Counted from the stretch's first letter, positions 8,161-18,208 are shown. The stretch is 44,042 nucleotides of DNA from Spirochaetota bacterium (GCA_035527995.1 DATKZJ010000033.1:1-44042), one strand, 5' to 3'. Numbers and translations: made by a program. Notes: a model not told the origin generated them from the sequence alone.

Positions 8161-11100
8161 GTGGAAAAGATCGGTTCTGTAGCGGTATTTGGAGCGGGGA
8201 TTGCCGGCATGCAGGCGGCGCTCGATCTGGCGGAGACGGGATTTAAGGTCTATCTCGTCGATAACAAGCCCGCCATAGGCGGGGTGATGTCTCAGCTCGA
8301 CAAGACGTTTCCCACAAACGATTGTGCTATGTGCATCATGTCCCCAAAACTCGTCGATACGGGCCGTCACCCCAATATAGAGATCATCACCAATGCAGAC
8401 CTGAAGGGAATCGAAGGAGAAGCAGGCAGCTTTACTGTGACATTAAAAAAAAGGCCTCGTTTTGTAGACGAATCGAAATGCAACGGGTGCGGCGATTGCG
8501 CCCAGAAATGCCCTGTCACGTTGCCCAGCGAATTCGATGAAGGTATGGGGAATCGAAAAGCAATCTACAAGCGATATCCACAGGCAATTCCCAATCTGTT
8601 TGCCATCGACAAGATGGGGGTCTCCCCGTGCAGGGAACAGTGTCCCGCTTCAGTCAACATACAGGGGTATGTTGCGCTCATATCGATGGGTGAGTACAAA
8701 AAGGCGTATGATCTGATACGGGAGCGGCAGCCGTTTCCAGCTGTCTGCGGAAGAATATGCCACCACCCGTGCGAGTCCGCATGCAACAGAAGCGAGGTCG
8801 ATGATCCGGTCGCAATAAACTACCTGAAACTGTTTGCTGCAGATTATGTGCTGAAAAATGGATACATCGATGAAGAGGAAACAGAATGCGCTTCTCCGAA
8901 GGACGCAAAGGTAGCAGTGGTGGGAGCGGGTCCTGCAGGGTTGACATGTGCAAGGAACCTTGCTGATCAGGGGTACAGTGTAACGATATTCGAACGTGAA
9001 GACAAGCCGGGCGGCACTCTGTATACGGGTATTCCCAATTACAGGCTTGACAAGCAGGTCCTCTTCAAGGAGGCGGACGCCGTCCTTCGAAATAAACATA
9101 TCGAAATATCGTACGGGGTGAACATCGGCAGCGACAGGTCGCTCGTTGAGATCAGGAACGAGGGTTACAAAGCGGTGTTTGTCGCAACCGGAGCAACGAA
9201 ATCAGGAGGGCTTTCTGTGCCCGGAATAGATACAGATAGGGTGCTTAGAGGAATCGAGTTCCTGCATGATGTGAATGTCGGAAAACCCGTCAGGCTGAAC
9301 GGCGTCGTGGTCGTGCTGGGCGGGGGAAACGTCGCAGTTGATTCTGCGAGGACCGCACTCAGGCTGGGTGCTGATAAAGCGGTAATCGTGTACCGCCGTA
9401 CCAAAAAAGAGATGCCCGCCTATCCATGGGAGATAGAGGAGGCGCTCAAAGAGGGAGTGGAGATTCTCAATTCATGGACGCCCGCCGAAGTAATTGCGAA
9501 GAACGGCCGTGTTGAAGGGATCAGATTTCATAAATGTGCCGGTGTGTTTGACATCGAAGGAGCTTTCAGCACGGATATCTCTCTGGATGAATCGATGGTT
9601 TTGGATGCGGACTACATCGTTACGGCAACCGGGCAGGTCCCGGACGACACGGTCACCCGAGATCTTGATGGAATCGAAACAGGCGCAGGCGGCAGGTTCG
9701 TGGCAGATCCTCTAACGTTGCAGACAAACGTTGAATGGGTCTTTGCCGGAGGTGATGCGGTGAGCGGTCCGTCCTCGATGGTCGAAGCGGTTGCTGCGGG
9801 TCATGAGGCTGCGGAATCGATTGTGCGGTTCATCGAAAAAAGAGACCTGAGAGAAGGCCGTCACCATTCCCCGCAGAAAAAAGCTCCGCTGCCTCATAGA
9901 TCTGTAAGGAAGGAAGCAAGAAAAAAGATGCCGATGCTTCCTGTTGCAAAAAGGATGTCCGGATTTGATGAGATCGAGCTTGGATACGATGAAAAAAACG
10001 CTTCTGAAGAAGCCCAGCGGTGCCTGAATTGTGCCGGATGCTCAGAATGCATGATGTGCGTTGAAGCGTGCGGCTGTGACGCTATCGACCATATGATGAA
10101 AGAGGAGGAGATGGTGATAGATACCGGAGCAATCATCCTTGCTGTCGGGTATGAGAAGTATGATCCCTCCGGCCTTCATGAATACGGCTACCAGAAATAT
10201 CCGAATGTCGTAACGAGCGGTGAGTTCGAGAGGATACTCTCCGCGTCCGGACCGTTCAGCGGACATATCGTGCGCCCTTCGGATCACAAAGAACCGATGA
10301 AAATAGCATGGATCCAGTGCGTGGGGTCGCGCCAGATGCGGGAGCAGGGCAAGGCGTACTGTTCGTCCGTCTGCTGTATGTATTCGATAAAGGAGGCGGT
10401 CATCGCCAAGGAACATTCCCCTGCTCTGGACTGCCACGTCTACTATATCGATATCAGGGCGTTTGGAAAGGATTTTGATAAATATTATGAGCGTGCCCGT
10501 GACGAGTATGGTGTGAAGTTCAGACAGGCTCGCCTCTCTTCCATTGATAGTGTGCCTGGAACGGATGATCTCATCGTAAAATACTTCGTAGACAGCGTCG
10601 ACTGTGACGGCGGTGATGAAGTAAAAGAGGAGCGGTACGACATGATTGTCCTGTCTGCCGGTCTTGTATCGAACTCATGCAACGCGGATCTTTCCAGAAT
10701 AACGGGCGTGGCGCTGAATAAATTCGGGTTTATCGATACGCACCCTCTCTTCAGGGAAAAAACGAGCATCAGCGGCATATACACATGCGGTGCGGCTTCA
10801 GCGCCGAGGGATATTCCGGAAACAGTGGCAACGGCGAGCGCCTCGGCTTCGTACGCGTGTGCTCTCTTGAAAGAGGAGCGCCACACATTGACCGTCGAGA
10901 AACAATACCCGGAACAAAGAGATATTTCGAACGAAGAACCGAGGATCGGTGTTTTTATCTGTCACTGCGGTATCAATATCGGCTCGGTTGTTGACGTCCC
11001 TTCCGTGACGGAATATGCAAAAACATTGCCCTGTGTCGTTTATGCAGAACAAAACCTCTACACCTGCTCTCAGGATACTCAGCATAAAATGAAACAGGTG

Positions 11101-12594
11101 ATACAGGAATATAATATCAACAGAGTATTGATCGCATCATGCACACCGAGGACACATGAGCCGCTGTTCCAGGATACGTTGAAAGAAAGCGGGCTCAATC
11201 CTTTTCTTATCGAATTCGTTGGAATCAGGGAGCAGTGCTCCTGGGTACATATGAAGCAAAAAAGTAAGGCCACCCAAAAGGCAAAACAGCTCGTGGCCAT
11301 GGGAGCTGCAAGGGCAAAGCTTCTTGCCCCTTTCCAGAGATCATCTTTTCCGGTAATGAAAAAAGGTCTCGTTGTCGGCGGCGGCGTCGCGGGTATGACG
11401 GCCGCCCTGAACCTCGCCGAGCAGGGATTCGATACGTATCTCGTGGAAAAGGATAAAGAGCTCGGCGGAAACCTGAGAGATATTTATTACACGATAGATG
11501 GAGAGGATACACAAAAGCTGCTCAGCGATACGATTCGTGAAATAATGGAGAACGAAGCGGTAACGGTATTCACAGATTCAGAGGCGACGGAAATTGCAGG
11601 GTATGTCGGGAACTATACTACGGTCATAAGAAACAACGTTTCAGGCGAAGAAACGCAGATAGAGCATGGAGCGATCATCGTTGCTACCGGAGCTGTCGGA
11701 GTAAATACGGAAGAATACCTATACGGGAAATCGAATACGATTGTAACACAGACAGAGCTCGAAAAACGGATTGCAGACGGCGAAACGTTCAAAAACGTTA
11801 CCATGATCCAGTGCGTAGGGTCGAGGGATGGTGAGAGGCCGTACTGCAGCCGTGTGTGCTGTCAGACGGCCCTCAAGAACGCCATCAGAATTAAAAAACG
11901 TGTGCCGGAATCGATCGTAACCATCTTTTACAGGGACATGAGGTCGTACGGTTTTTATGAAGAGTACTATCAGAAAGCGCGTGAGATGGGCGTTACTTTC
12001 ATACGATATGAACGTGAGAGAAAACCTGCGGTGAGCTTAAACGAACGGAAGAAGCCGAAGATAAGGTATCACAACATACTTCTGGGCAGAAGTTTAGAAC
12101 TGTCTTCAGATCTTCTCGTTCTCAGCACCGGGATGGAGCCTCCTGATAACAAAACTATCTCGAACACGCTCAAGGTGCCGTTAAACGGGGAGGGATTCTT
12201 CCTCGAGGCGCACGCGAAACTCAGGCCTCTCGATTTCACGACCGAGGGCGTATACCTCTGCGGGACAGCTCATTCTCCGAAAAACATAGCAGAATCGATA
12301 TCCCAGGCAGCGGGTGCGGCGGCCCGGGCTGCAACGCTTTTGGCGAAGGAAAAGGTACAGGCATCGGGCAGGACCGTTAGGGTGAAAGATAGAATTTGCA
12401 GCGGGTGCGGCATATGTGTCGAGATATGCCCTTTTAATGCAAGAGAGATTGATGAGCAGACGGGCAGGGCCCGGGTTACCGAGGTGCTCTGTCAGGGCTG
12501 CGGGCTTTGTGCAACTGCCTGTCCAAATGCAGCAACACAGCAGATGAGTTTTACGAAAAGCCAGATATATCAGATGATAGAAGAGGCAGTATGA
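8161..12594 (+). CDS. Giant HdrA-like / GltD-like NAD(P)H module / HdrA fusion protein (HdrL-like), 1477 aa
   Basis: GTG 8161 lies 7 nt after GAGGA. Residues 1-150 form an HdrA FAD-domain start (VFGAGIAGMQAAL, NDCAMCIMSPK, CNGCGDCAQKCP). About 8620-9840 encodes a glutamate-synthase small-subunit-like module (CREQCPASVNIQGY, FPAVCGRICHHPCESACNR, VVGAGPAGLTCA, VVLGGGNVAVD, FAGGDAV). The rest of the first HdrA unit follows (WIQCVGSRQ...YCSSVCCMY). From about 10920 there is a complete second HdrA (IGVFICHCGINIGS ... CQGCGLCATACP). Confidence 0.88.
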   Translation: MEKIGSVAVFGAGIAGMQAALDLAETGFKVYLVDNKPAIGGVMSQLDKTFPTNDCAMCIMSPKLVDTGRHPNIEIITNADLKGIEGEAGSFTVTLKKRPRFVDESKCNGCGDCAQKCPVTLPSEFDEGMGNRKAIYKRYPQAIPNLFAIDKMGVSPCREQCPASVNIQGYVALISMGEYKKAYDLIRERQPFPAVCGRICHHPCESACNRSEVDDPVAINYLKLFAADYVLKNGYIDEEETECASPKDAKVAVVGAGPAGLTCARNLADQGYSVTIFEREDKPGGTLYTGIPNYRLDKQVLFKEADAVLRNKHIEISYGVNIGSDRSLVEIRNEGYKAVFVATGATKSGGLSVPGIDTDRVLRGIEFLHDVNVGKPVRLNGVVVVLGGGNVAVDSARTALRLGADKAVIVYRRTKKEMPAYPWEIEEALKEGVEILNSWTPAEVIAKNGRVEGIRFHKCAGVFDIEGAFSTDISLDESMVLDADYIVTATGQVPDDTVTRDLDGIETGAGGRFVADPLTLQTNVEWVFAGGDAVSGPSSMVEAVAAGHEAAESIVRFIEKRDLREGRHHSPQKKAPLPHRSVRKEARKKMPMLPVAKRMSGFDEIELGYDEKNASEEAQRCLNCAGCSECMMCVEACGCDAIDHMMKEEEMVIDTGAIILAVGYEKYDPSGLHEYGYQKYPNVVTSGEFERILSASGPFSGHIVRPSDHKEPMKIAWIQCVGSRQMREQGKAYCSSVCCMYSIKEAVIAKEHSPALDCHVYYIDIRAFGKDFDKYYERARDEYGVKFRQARLSSIDSVPGTDDLIVKYFVDSVDCDGGDEVKEERYDMIVLSAGLVSNSCNADLSRITGVALNKFGFIDTHPLFREKTSISGIYTCGAASAPRDIPETVATASASASYACALLKEERHTLTVEKQYPEQRDISNEEPRIGVFICHCGINIGSVVDVPSVTEYAKTLPCVVYAEQNLYTCSQDTQHKMKQVIQEYNINRVLIASCTPRTHEPLFQDTLKESGLNPFLIEFVGIREQCSWVHMKQKSKATQKAKQLVAMGAARAKLLAPFQRSSFPVMKKGLVVGGGVAGMTAALNLAEQGFDTYLVEKDKELGGNLRDIYYTIDGEDTQKLLSDTIREIMENEAVTVFTDSEATEIAGYVGNYTTVIRNNVSGEETQIEHGAIIVATGAVGVNTEEYLYGKSNTIVTQTELEKRIADGETFKNVTMIQCVGSRDGERPYCSRVCCQTALKNAIRIKKRVPESIVTIFYRDMRSYGFYEEYYQKAREMGVTFIRYERERKPAVSLNERKKPKIRYHNILLGRSLELSSDLLVLSTGMEPPDNKTISNTLKVPLNGEGFFLEAHAKLRPLDFTTEGVYLCGTAHSPKNIAESISQAAGAAARAATLLAKEKVQASGRTVRVKDRICSGCGICVEICPFNAREIDEQTGRARVTEVLCQGCGLCATACPNAATQQMSFTKSQIYQMIEEAV

Positions 12595-13046
12595 AGCAAA
12601 AAGAGGAATCCATGGAGAAAGAGAATCGAGCGTTCGAGCCGAAGATCATTGCATTCCTTTGTAACTGGTGCACATATGCCGGGGCTGACCTTGCCGGAGT
12701 CTCGAGGATACAGTATCCGTCCAATATCAGGATCATACGGCTTATGTGCAGCGGAGCACTCGACCCGACATACGTCATCAAGAGTCTTTTGGAGGGCGCT
12801 GACGGAGTACTGATCGGAGGATGTCATCCGGGGGATTGTCATTATATTAGCGGAAACTTCAAGGCAAGAAGGCGTGTTGCCGTACTGAAAGCATCGCTGA
12901 AAGAGGCGGGCCTGGAGCCCGAGCGTGTCTGGCTTCGGTGGATCAGTGCAAGTGAAGGCGCTTATTTTGCCGAAACGGTAGAGGGGATGGTCCTGCATTT
13001 GAAGCAGCTGGGGCCCAATCCTCTGAAATCAATGTGGGCGATTTAA
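12591..13046 (+). CDS. mvhD: MvhD-like (methyl-viologen-reducing hydrogenase delta subunit family) 2Fe-2S protein
   Basis: FLCNWCTYAGADLAG and GGCHPGDCHY motifs. ATG 12591 overlaps the preceding stop (ATGA). ATG 12612 is an alternative start. Confidence 0.85.
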   Translation: MKQKEESMEKENRAFEPKIIAFLCNWCTYAGADLAGVSRIQYPSNIRIIRLMCSGALDPTYVIKSLLEGADGVLIGGCHPGDCHYISGNFKARRRVAVLKASLKEAGLEPERVWLRWISASEGAYFAETVEGMVLHLKQLGPNPLKSMWAI

Positions 13047-13063
13047 CGGTATGAGGTTTGAAA

Positions 13064-14158
13064 ATGGCGTCAACAGCAAACTTTATTAAAGGGAAGAATC
13101 AACGTGAATCGATCGAACGGTTTTTGCATGATCTTCTGAAAGAGAAGAAGGTCGATGCAGTTCTGGTTCCTAAACGACATCCAGGCGGGAACATCGTCTC
13201 GCACGTTCTCATTACGGATCCGTCGAAAACGGAAGGAATCGACCCTCTGGCACCGGTCCAGATGGTGAATGCCGCCTGTATCGTAAAAGAGCTGTCGAAA
13301 GAGCCTGTGGATAAAAAAATTACGGTTATTCTCAGGCCATGCGAGGTTAGAGCAACGATAGAGCTCATTAAACTGAAGCAGCTGTCCGATGAGAGCCTCT
13401 ATATCATAGGGTATGATTGTCCGGGAGTATACAATGTAAAAGAGTATATGAGTATAATCGAGAATGTGGAGGATAAAGAAGCGTTTACCCAGAAACATAT
13501 GGAAGATTTTCTATCCGGGGACAAAGAGAGCATGCGAGAAGTCTGCAGGTTCTGCACATCTTTTACGGCGGACAGTGCTGACATCAACATAGCATGGATC
13601 GGGCTGGGTCCTTCGGGGATCGTAATAGAAGCGAGGTCGGAAAAAGGCCGGCAGATAGCAAACGACCTGAAGGTCGAAGAGGAGGGAGATTTGGCTGCAA
13701 GAAGAGAGAAGATAGAAACAATCGCGACGGCGAGAAAAAAGCGACAGAAAAGCGGAATCGAAAACCTGCTCGACCTGATACAGCCATGTATCAGGTGCTA
13801 CAACTGCCGTGAGGTTTGCCCTCTGTGTTACTGTAAAGAGTGTTTGCTGGAACCTGAGAAGCTGGGATACTCTTCGGAAAGATACTTGAACCGGGCTGCC
13901 AAGAAGGATCAGATAAAGATGCCTGTCGATACTCTGCTGTATCATCTGACCAAGATAAACCATATGGGATATTCGTGTGTTTCCTGTGGTCTTTGTGAAC
14001 AGGCCTGTCCGATGGATATCCCGCTTGGTACGATCTATAACGTGTTCTCAAAAAAGATACAGGCGCTTTTTGATTATGTGCCCGGAAAAAGCCGTGACGA
14101 TGAGCTTCCCCTTACGACGTTCAGGGAGGAGGAGCTCTCTGAAGTTGAGGATAGATAA
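13064..14158 (+). CDS. FlxC-like / FrhB-like iron-sulfur protein
   Basis: Motifs CIRCYNCREVCPLCYCKEC and CVSCGLCEQACPMDIP. It is a paralogue of the 18205-19062 product, sharing the C-x-R-C-Y-x-C-R-x-x-CPLCYC-x-EC signature. ATG 13064 lies 7 nt after GAGG. The ORF opens at TTG 13058. Confidence 0.7.
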   Translation: MASTANFIKGKNQRESIERFLHDLLKEKKVDAVLVPKRHPGGNIVSHVLITDPSKTEGIDPLAPVQMVNAACIVKELSKEPVDKKITVILRPCEVRATIELIKLKQLSDESLYIIGYDCPGVYNVKEYMSIIENVEDKEAFTQKHMEDFLSGDKESMREVCRFCTSFTADSADINIAWIGLGPSGIVIEARSEKGRQIANDLKVEEEGDLAARREKIETIATARKKRQKSGIENLLDLIQPCIRCYNCREVCPLCYCKECLLEPEKLGYSSERYLNRAAKKDQIKMPVDTLLYHLTKINHMGYSCVSCGLCEQACPMDIPLGTIYNVFSKKIQALFDYVPGKSRDDELPLTTFREEELSEVEDR

Positions 14159-14204
14159 AAAGCAGGAGCTGGTTTTTAAAGAAACTATAAAACGGGTTGG
14201 AGTC

Positions 14205-14672
14205 ATGAAAACGATCGATCCAGAATTCAAACGTGAAGTAGCAGGCTGTCCGGGAGGCGAGAACATCATGCGATGTTTCGCCTGCGGGACATGCGTTCTC
14301 TCCTGTCCTGTCAGCGAGGTTACAGCCGAGTACAGCCCGCGTAAAATAATCCATATGATCCTGCTGGGAATGAAGGACGAGGTTCTCGGTTCGGAAGCTA
14401 TCTGGTACTGCATGACCTGTTACAGGTGTCATGTGCGATGCCCCCAGGATGTAAAATATCCTGAAATAATGCGTGTATTGAGAAAACTGGCCGTAGAGCA
14501 GGGGTATGTAAAGCCGGGATTTATTACCGCCGTCAGCGAGGTGGATACCGTCACGCAGGATATAAGGCGCGATATGCTGAAACGGATTGTCGAAAAGCGT
14601 AATTCGATTACAGAGGACGATATAACCGAGATCCGCAACTATTCGAAAACAACGGGCAGGAATCATGGATAA
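14205..14672 (+). CDS. Second HdrC-like 2x[4Fe-4S] protein
   Basis: The track ORF opens at 13977 but overlaps the previous gene. ATG 14205 gives MKTIDPEF... with CFACGTCVLSCP, SPRKIIHMILLGMKDEVL and CMTCYRCHVRCP, the classic HdrC layout. Confidence 0.8.
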   Translation: MKTIDPEFKREVAGCPGGENIMRCFACGTCVLSCPVSEVTAEYSPRKIIHMILLGMKDEVLGSEAIWYCMTCYRCHVRCPQDVKYPEIMRVLRKLAVEQGYVKPGFITAVSEVDTVTQDIRRDMLKRIVEKRNSITEDDITEIRNYSKTTGRNHG

Positions 14673-17600
14673 ACGAATACTGGTGATAGGAGGGGGAATA
14701 GGCGGAGTCCAGGCCGGGCTCGATCTGGCCCAGATGGGCATAAGAGTGTCCCTCGTCGAGGAAAAACCGAACATCGGCGGCCGGATGGCCCAGCTCGACA
14801 AGACGTTTCCGACAAACGACTGCTCCACCTGTATTCTTTCACCAAAGCTCGTGGAGCTCGCTTCTCACCCCAATGTGGATATATATACCTACTCAAGCGT
14901 CGAAGATATTATAAAAACGGGTGATCGTTTTAGGGTGCGTATCAGGAAAAGAGCTCGTTTCGTCGATGAAGAAAAGTGCACGGCATGCGGGCTCTGCTCT
15001 GAGAAATGCCCTGTCAAGATACCAGACCTGTTTAATAAAAATATTACCACCTCGAAATGTATAAGCATACCATACGCACAGGCAGTGCCTGCGGTCTATA
15101 AGATCGACAGGGAGCACTGCCTGCGCCTGACAAAGGGAAAATGCGGTGTTTGCGAAAAGGTCTGTCCGGCCGGTGCAGTCGATTATGAGCAAAAAGACAG
15201 GATAGAAGATATGGATTTCAGCTCCATAATAGTTGCTGCGGGCGCAGAGGAGTTCACGCCTCAAATCAGGCCTGAATACGGATATAAAATATACGAGAAT
15301 GTTGTCACGAGTATCGAATACGAGCGATTTCTCAGTGCATCCGGGCCGACGAACGGGCATATAACGCGACCCTCCGACGGGAAACAGCCCGAAAGTGTAG
15401 CCTTTATTCAGTGTGTCGGATCGCGTGACGTCGCCTCAGGCAACTACGGATACTGTTCCTCCTACTGCTGCATGCAGGCGGCCAAGGATGCCGTTATCAC
15501 GAAGGAGCACGGCGCAGGCATAAACTCCACGATCTTTTATATCGATATCAGAGCATACGGGAAGGATTTCGACAGATTTGTCGATAGGGCCAAGACGGAA
15601 TACGGGGTCGAATACAAAAGATCGAGGGTTTCGGAAATACTCGAATCTCAGGATACGAAAAACCTCACAGTGAAATATATTACACCTGACGGAACCCTAA
15701 AGGCCGAAGAGTTCGATATCGTGGTCCTCTCCGTCGGTATACGGATACCCGATAGACTGGGGGGCCTTCTCGCAGGGCTGGGTGTGAAACTCGGAGAGTA
15801 CGGATTCTGTCAGTGCCGGACGTTCCGACCCGGAGAAACAGGTATCGACGGGGTCTATGTGTGCGGCACGGTAACGGGACCGATGGATATACCGGAAACG
15901 GTAGTCTCTGCAAGCGCCACTGCTTCTCTGGCTGCACGAGGACTATTAAGCCCTGACAGGACCTCGGAGATTATTGCGGATAATCCAGAAGAGGCGGATC
16001 TTTCGGGAAAACCGCTTACAATAGGTGTCATCGTATGTCATTGCGGCACGAATATCGGTTCTGTTGTCGATGTCCCTTCGGTCGTAGAGTATGCCGGGTC
16101 GATGCCGAATGTAGTGTTTTCGCATGGACTGCTGTATGCATGTTCACAGGATTCGATTCGTTACATAATAGACAAAATCAAGGAGCACGATCTGAACCGT
16201 GTTGTTGTGGCCTCCTGTTCTCCGAGGACCCATGAAGCCCTGTTCCAGAGAGGCCTCGAAAGAGCGGGCCTCAATAAATACCTCCTGCAGATGACAAATA
16301 TACGGGATCAATGCTCCTGGGTTCATCGGGATACTCCCGACCTGGCTACCCAGAAGGCAAAAGAGCTTGTTCGTATGGCTGTCGGCAAGGCAAGATATCT
16401 GAAGCCTCTGTACGAACTGTATTCGGATGTAAAAAAGGCCTGTCTTGTAATCGGCGGGGGAATGGCCGGTATGATGGCGGCGCTCTTTGTTGCGGATAAC
16501 GGATTCAGGGTATATCTAATCGAAAAAGAGGGCGAGCTCGGCGGAAATCTGTTAAAGCTTAAGAGCCTGCTTACTGAGGAGGATGTTGCATCGTCTGTGA
16601 AAAGAATCGTCGGGAGAATCGAGGAACATCCTCGTATCGAACTGTTTCTGAATGCGGATATAAAAGAGATAGAGGGCTATATAGGAAATTTTACGACAAA
16701 GCTTATGGTGGATGATGAAGAAAAGAAGGTGGAGCATGGTGCAGTTATCGTTGCAACAGGGGCGAAAGAACATGTAACAGAAAGCTACGGCTATAAGACG
16801 GATCCGTATGTCATCACACAGAGAGAATTCGAGACGATTCTCGAGAAAAAGAATCCACTCATGAAGTATGTCGACAGCATAGCGATGATACAGTGCGTTG
16901 ATTCGCGGGAAGGCGACAGAAACTACTGCAGCCGTGTCTGCTGCGGTCAGGCCGTCAAAAATATCCTGCAGTTGAAAAAGCATTATCCTGAAAAAACCGT
17001 ATATGTTCTTTACAGGGACATGAGGACATATGGGCTGCGTGAGCCGTACTATGCAATGGCGCGGGAATCGGGGGCCCTCTTCCTGTGGTATGATGAAACC
17101 CGTAAGCCGGTTGTCGAGAAGATCGAACAGGGGAGCTTCAGAATCAACCTCTTCGATGAAATACTGCAGGAAAAAATACAGCTGCCGGTACAGCTTATCG
17201 TTCTGGGTGTCGGCATAGATCCTCTTGATACGAACGATCGTGTGGCAAAGATGCTGAAAGTCCCGCTCACAGAGGACGGGTTCTTTCACGAAGCTCACGT
17301 TAAACTTCGACCTGTTGATTTTTCCACCAGGGGTGTATTTGTCTGCGGCATGGCCCATGGGCCTAAATATATCGATGAATCCATAGCACAGGCGCTTGCT
17401 GCTGCCGGTCGGGCTCTCACGGTTCTGACAAATGATAAAGTAAGTTCGGAAGCGTACACGGCTTCGGTTGATGAAGCCCTGTGCACGGGGTGTGGGTTGT
17501 GTGCGGAGGTATGCGCATACGGCGCGGTCGAGATCGATAAAGAAAAGGCCTCTGTTAATGCGCTTCTCTGCAAGGGGTGCGGGACATGTGCGGCAACCTG

Positions 17601-17676
17601 TTTCAGCGGTGCGATCGATCTGAGCGGATTTACTAATAAACAGATAGTAAAAGAGTTCCAGGAACTTTTTATATAG
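14665..17676 (+). CDS. Tandem HdrA-like fusion (QmoA-like half plus full HdrA), 1003 aa
   Basis: The first half starts directly at the FAD Rossmann motif (VIGGGIGGVQAGL, NDCSTCILSPK, CTACGLCSEKCP, FIQCVGSRD...YCSSYCCMQ). The second half starts at IGVIVCHCGTNIGS, near nt 16020, and runs to CTGCGLCAEVC...CKGCGTCAATC. The start overlaps the preceding gene by 8 nt. Confidence 0.88.
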   Translation: MDKRILVIGGGIGGVQAGLDLAQMGIRVSLVEEKPNIGGRMAQLDKTFPTNDCSTCILSPKLVELASHPNVDIYTYSSVEDIIKTGDRFRVRIRKRARFVDEEKCTACGLCSEKCPVKIPDLFNKNITTSKCISIPYAQAVPAVYKIDREHCLRLTKGKCGVCEKVCPAGAVDYEQKDRIEDMDFSSIIVAAGAEEFTPQIRPEYGYKIYENVVTSIEYERFLSASGPTNGHITRPSDGKQPESVAFIQCVGSRDVASGNYGYCSSYCCMQAAKDAVITKEHGAGINSTIFYIDIRAYGKDFDRFVDRAKTEYGVEYKRSRVSEILESQDTKNLTVKYITPDGTLKAEEFDIVVLSVGIRIPDRLGGLLAGLGVKLGEYGFCQCRTFRPGETGIDGVYVCGTVTGPMDIPETVVSASATASLAARGLLSPDRTSEIIADNPEEADLSGKPLTIGVIVCHCGTNIGSVVDVPSVVEYAGSMPNVVFSHGLLYACSQDSIRYIIDKIKEHDLNRVVVASCSPRTHEALFQRGLERAGLNKYLLQMTNIRDQCSWVHRDTPDLATQKAKELVRMAVGKARYLKPLYELYSDVKKACLVIGGGMAGMMAALFVADNGFRVYLIEKEGELGGNLLKLKSLLTEEDVASSVKRIVGRIEEHPRIELFLNADIKEIEGYIGNFTTKLMVDDEEKKVEHGAVIVATGAKEHVTESYGYKTDPYVITQREFETILEKKNPLMKYVDSIAMIQCVDSREGDRNYCSRVCCGQAVKNILQLKKHYPEKTVYVLYRDMRTYGLREPYYAMARESGALFLWYDETRKPVVEKIEQGSFRINLFDEILQEKIQLPVQLIVLGVGIDPLDTNDRVAKMLKVPLTEDGFFHEAHVKLRPVDFSTRGVFVCGMAHGPKYIDESIAQALAAAGRALTVLTNDKVSSEAYTASVDEALCTGCGLCAEVCAYGAVEIDKEKASVNALLCKGCGTCAATCFSGAIDLSGFTNKQIVKEFQELFI

Positions 17677-17800
17677 GCGGATATGTATGAGCTGCCGGGT
17701 CGAAACATGACCTTTTACAGCGGGGGATGCTGTTTATTGACCGTTTCTTGTTGCGGCGATTGCTATAAAACCCGACAACGGCTCTGTTAGAGATGGAAAA

Positions 17801-18208
17801 ATGGAAAAAAGATTGAAGATAGTGGGATTCCTATGCAACTGGTGCTCGTATGCCGGGGCGGACCTCGCAGGAGTCAGTCGATTCCAGTATCCGGCGGATA
17901 TCCGTGTCATACGAGTCCCCTGCTCCGGGAGGGTGAATCCGTTGCTGGTACTGAAGTGTTTTCAGGAAGGAGCGGACGGGGTGCTGGTATCGGGTTGTCA
18001 TCCGGGTGACTGTCACTATCAGGAGGGCAACTACTACACGAGGCGAAGAATGATGATGCTGAAGAACCTCCTCGATTTCTTCGGAATAGACAAGAGGCGG
18101 TTTCATATTTCCTGGGTTTCCGCCTCCGAAGGGAAAAAGTGGGCCGATATCGTTATAAAGGTGGTTGAGGATGTCGGGGCTGCTTTGGAAGAGATAACAA
18201 AACAATGA
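17801..18208 (+). CDS. flxD: MvhD-like protein (FlxD position)
   Basis: FLCNWCSYAGADLAG and SGCHPGDCHY motifs. It is followed by overlapping Flx-type genes in the order D-C-B-A, as in the Desulfovibrio hdrCBA-flxDCBA locus. Confidence 0.8.
   Translation: MEKRLKIVGFLCNWCSYAGADLAGVSRFQYPADIRVIRVPCSGRVNPLLVLKCFQEGADGVLVSGCHPGDCHYQEGNYYTRRRMMMLKNLLDFFGIDKRRFHISWVSASEGKKWADIVIKVVEDVGAALEEITKQ

Noticed and set aside
16552-17358. 268-aa ORF on the - strand inside the tandem hdrA
   Set aside because: It is antisense to conserved HdrA sequence and has a low-complexity translation.
6183-18208. Possible selenocysteine (in-frame TGA) recoding in the hdrA/mvhD genes, prompted by selA/selC in the window
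   Set aside because: Every Hdr, MvhD and Flx ORF is continuous from a plausible start to its stop, with Cys at all cluster motifs. No split ORF pair needs TGA read-through.
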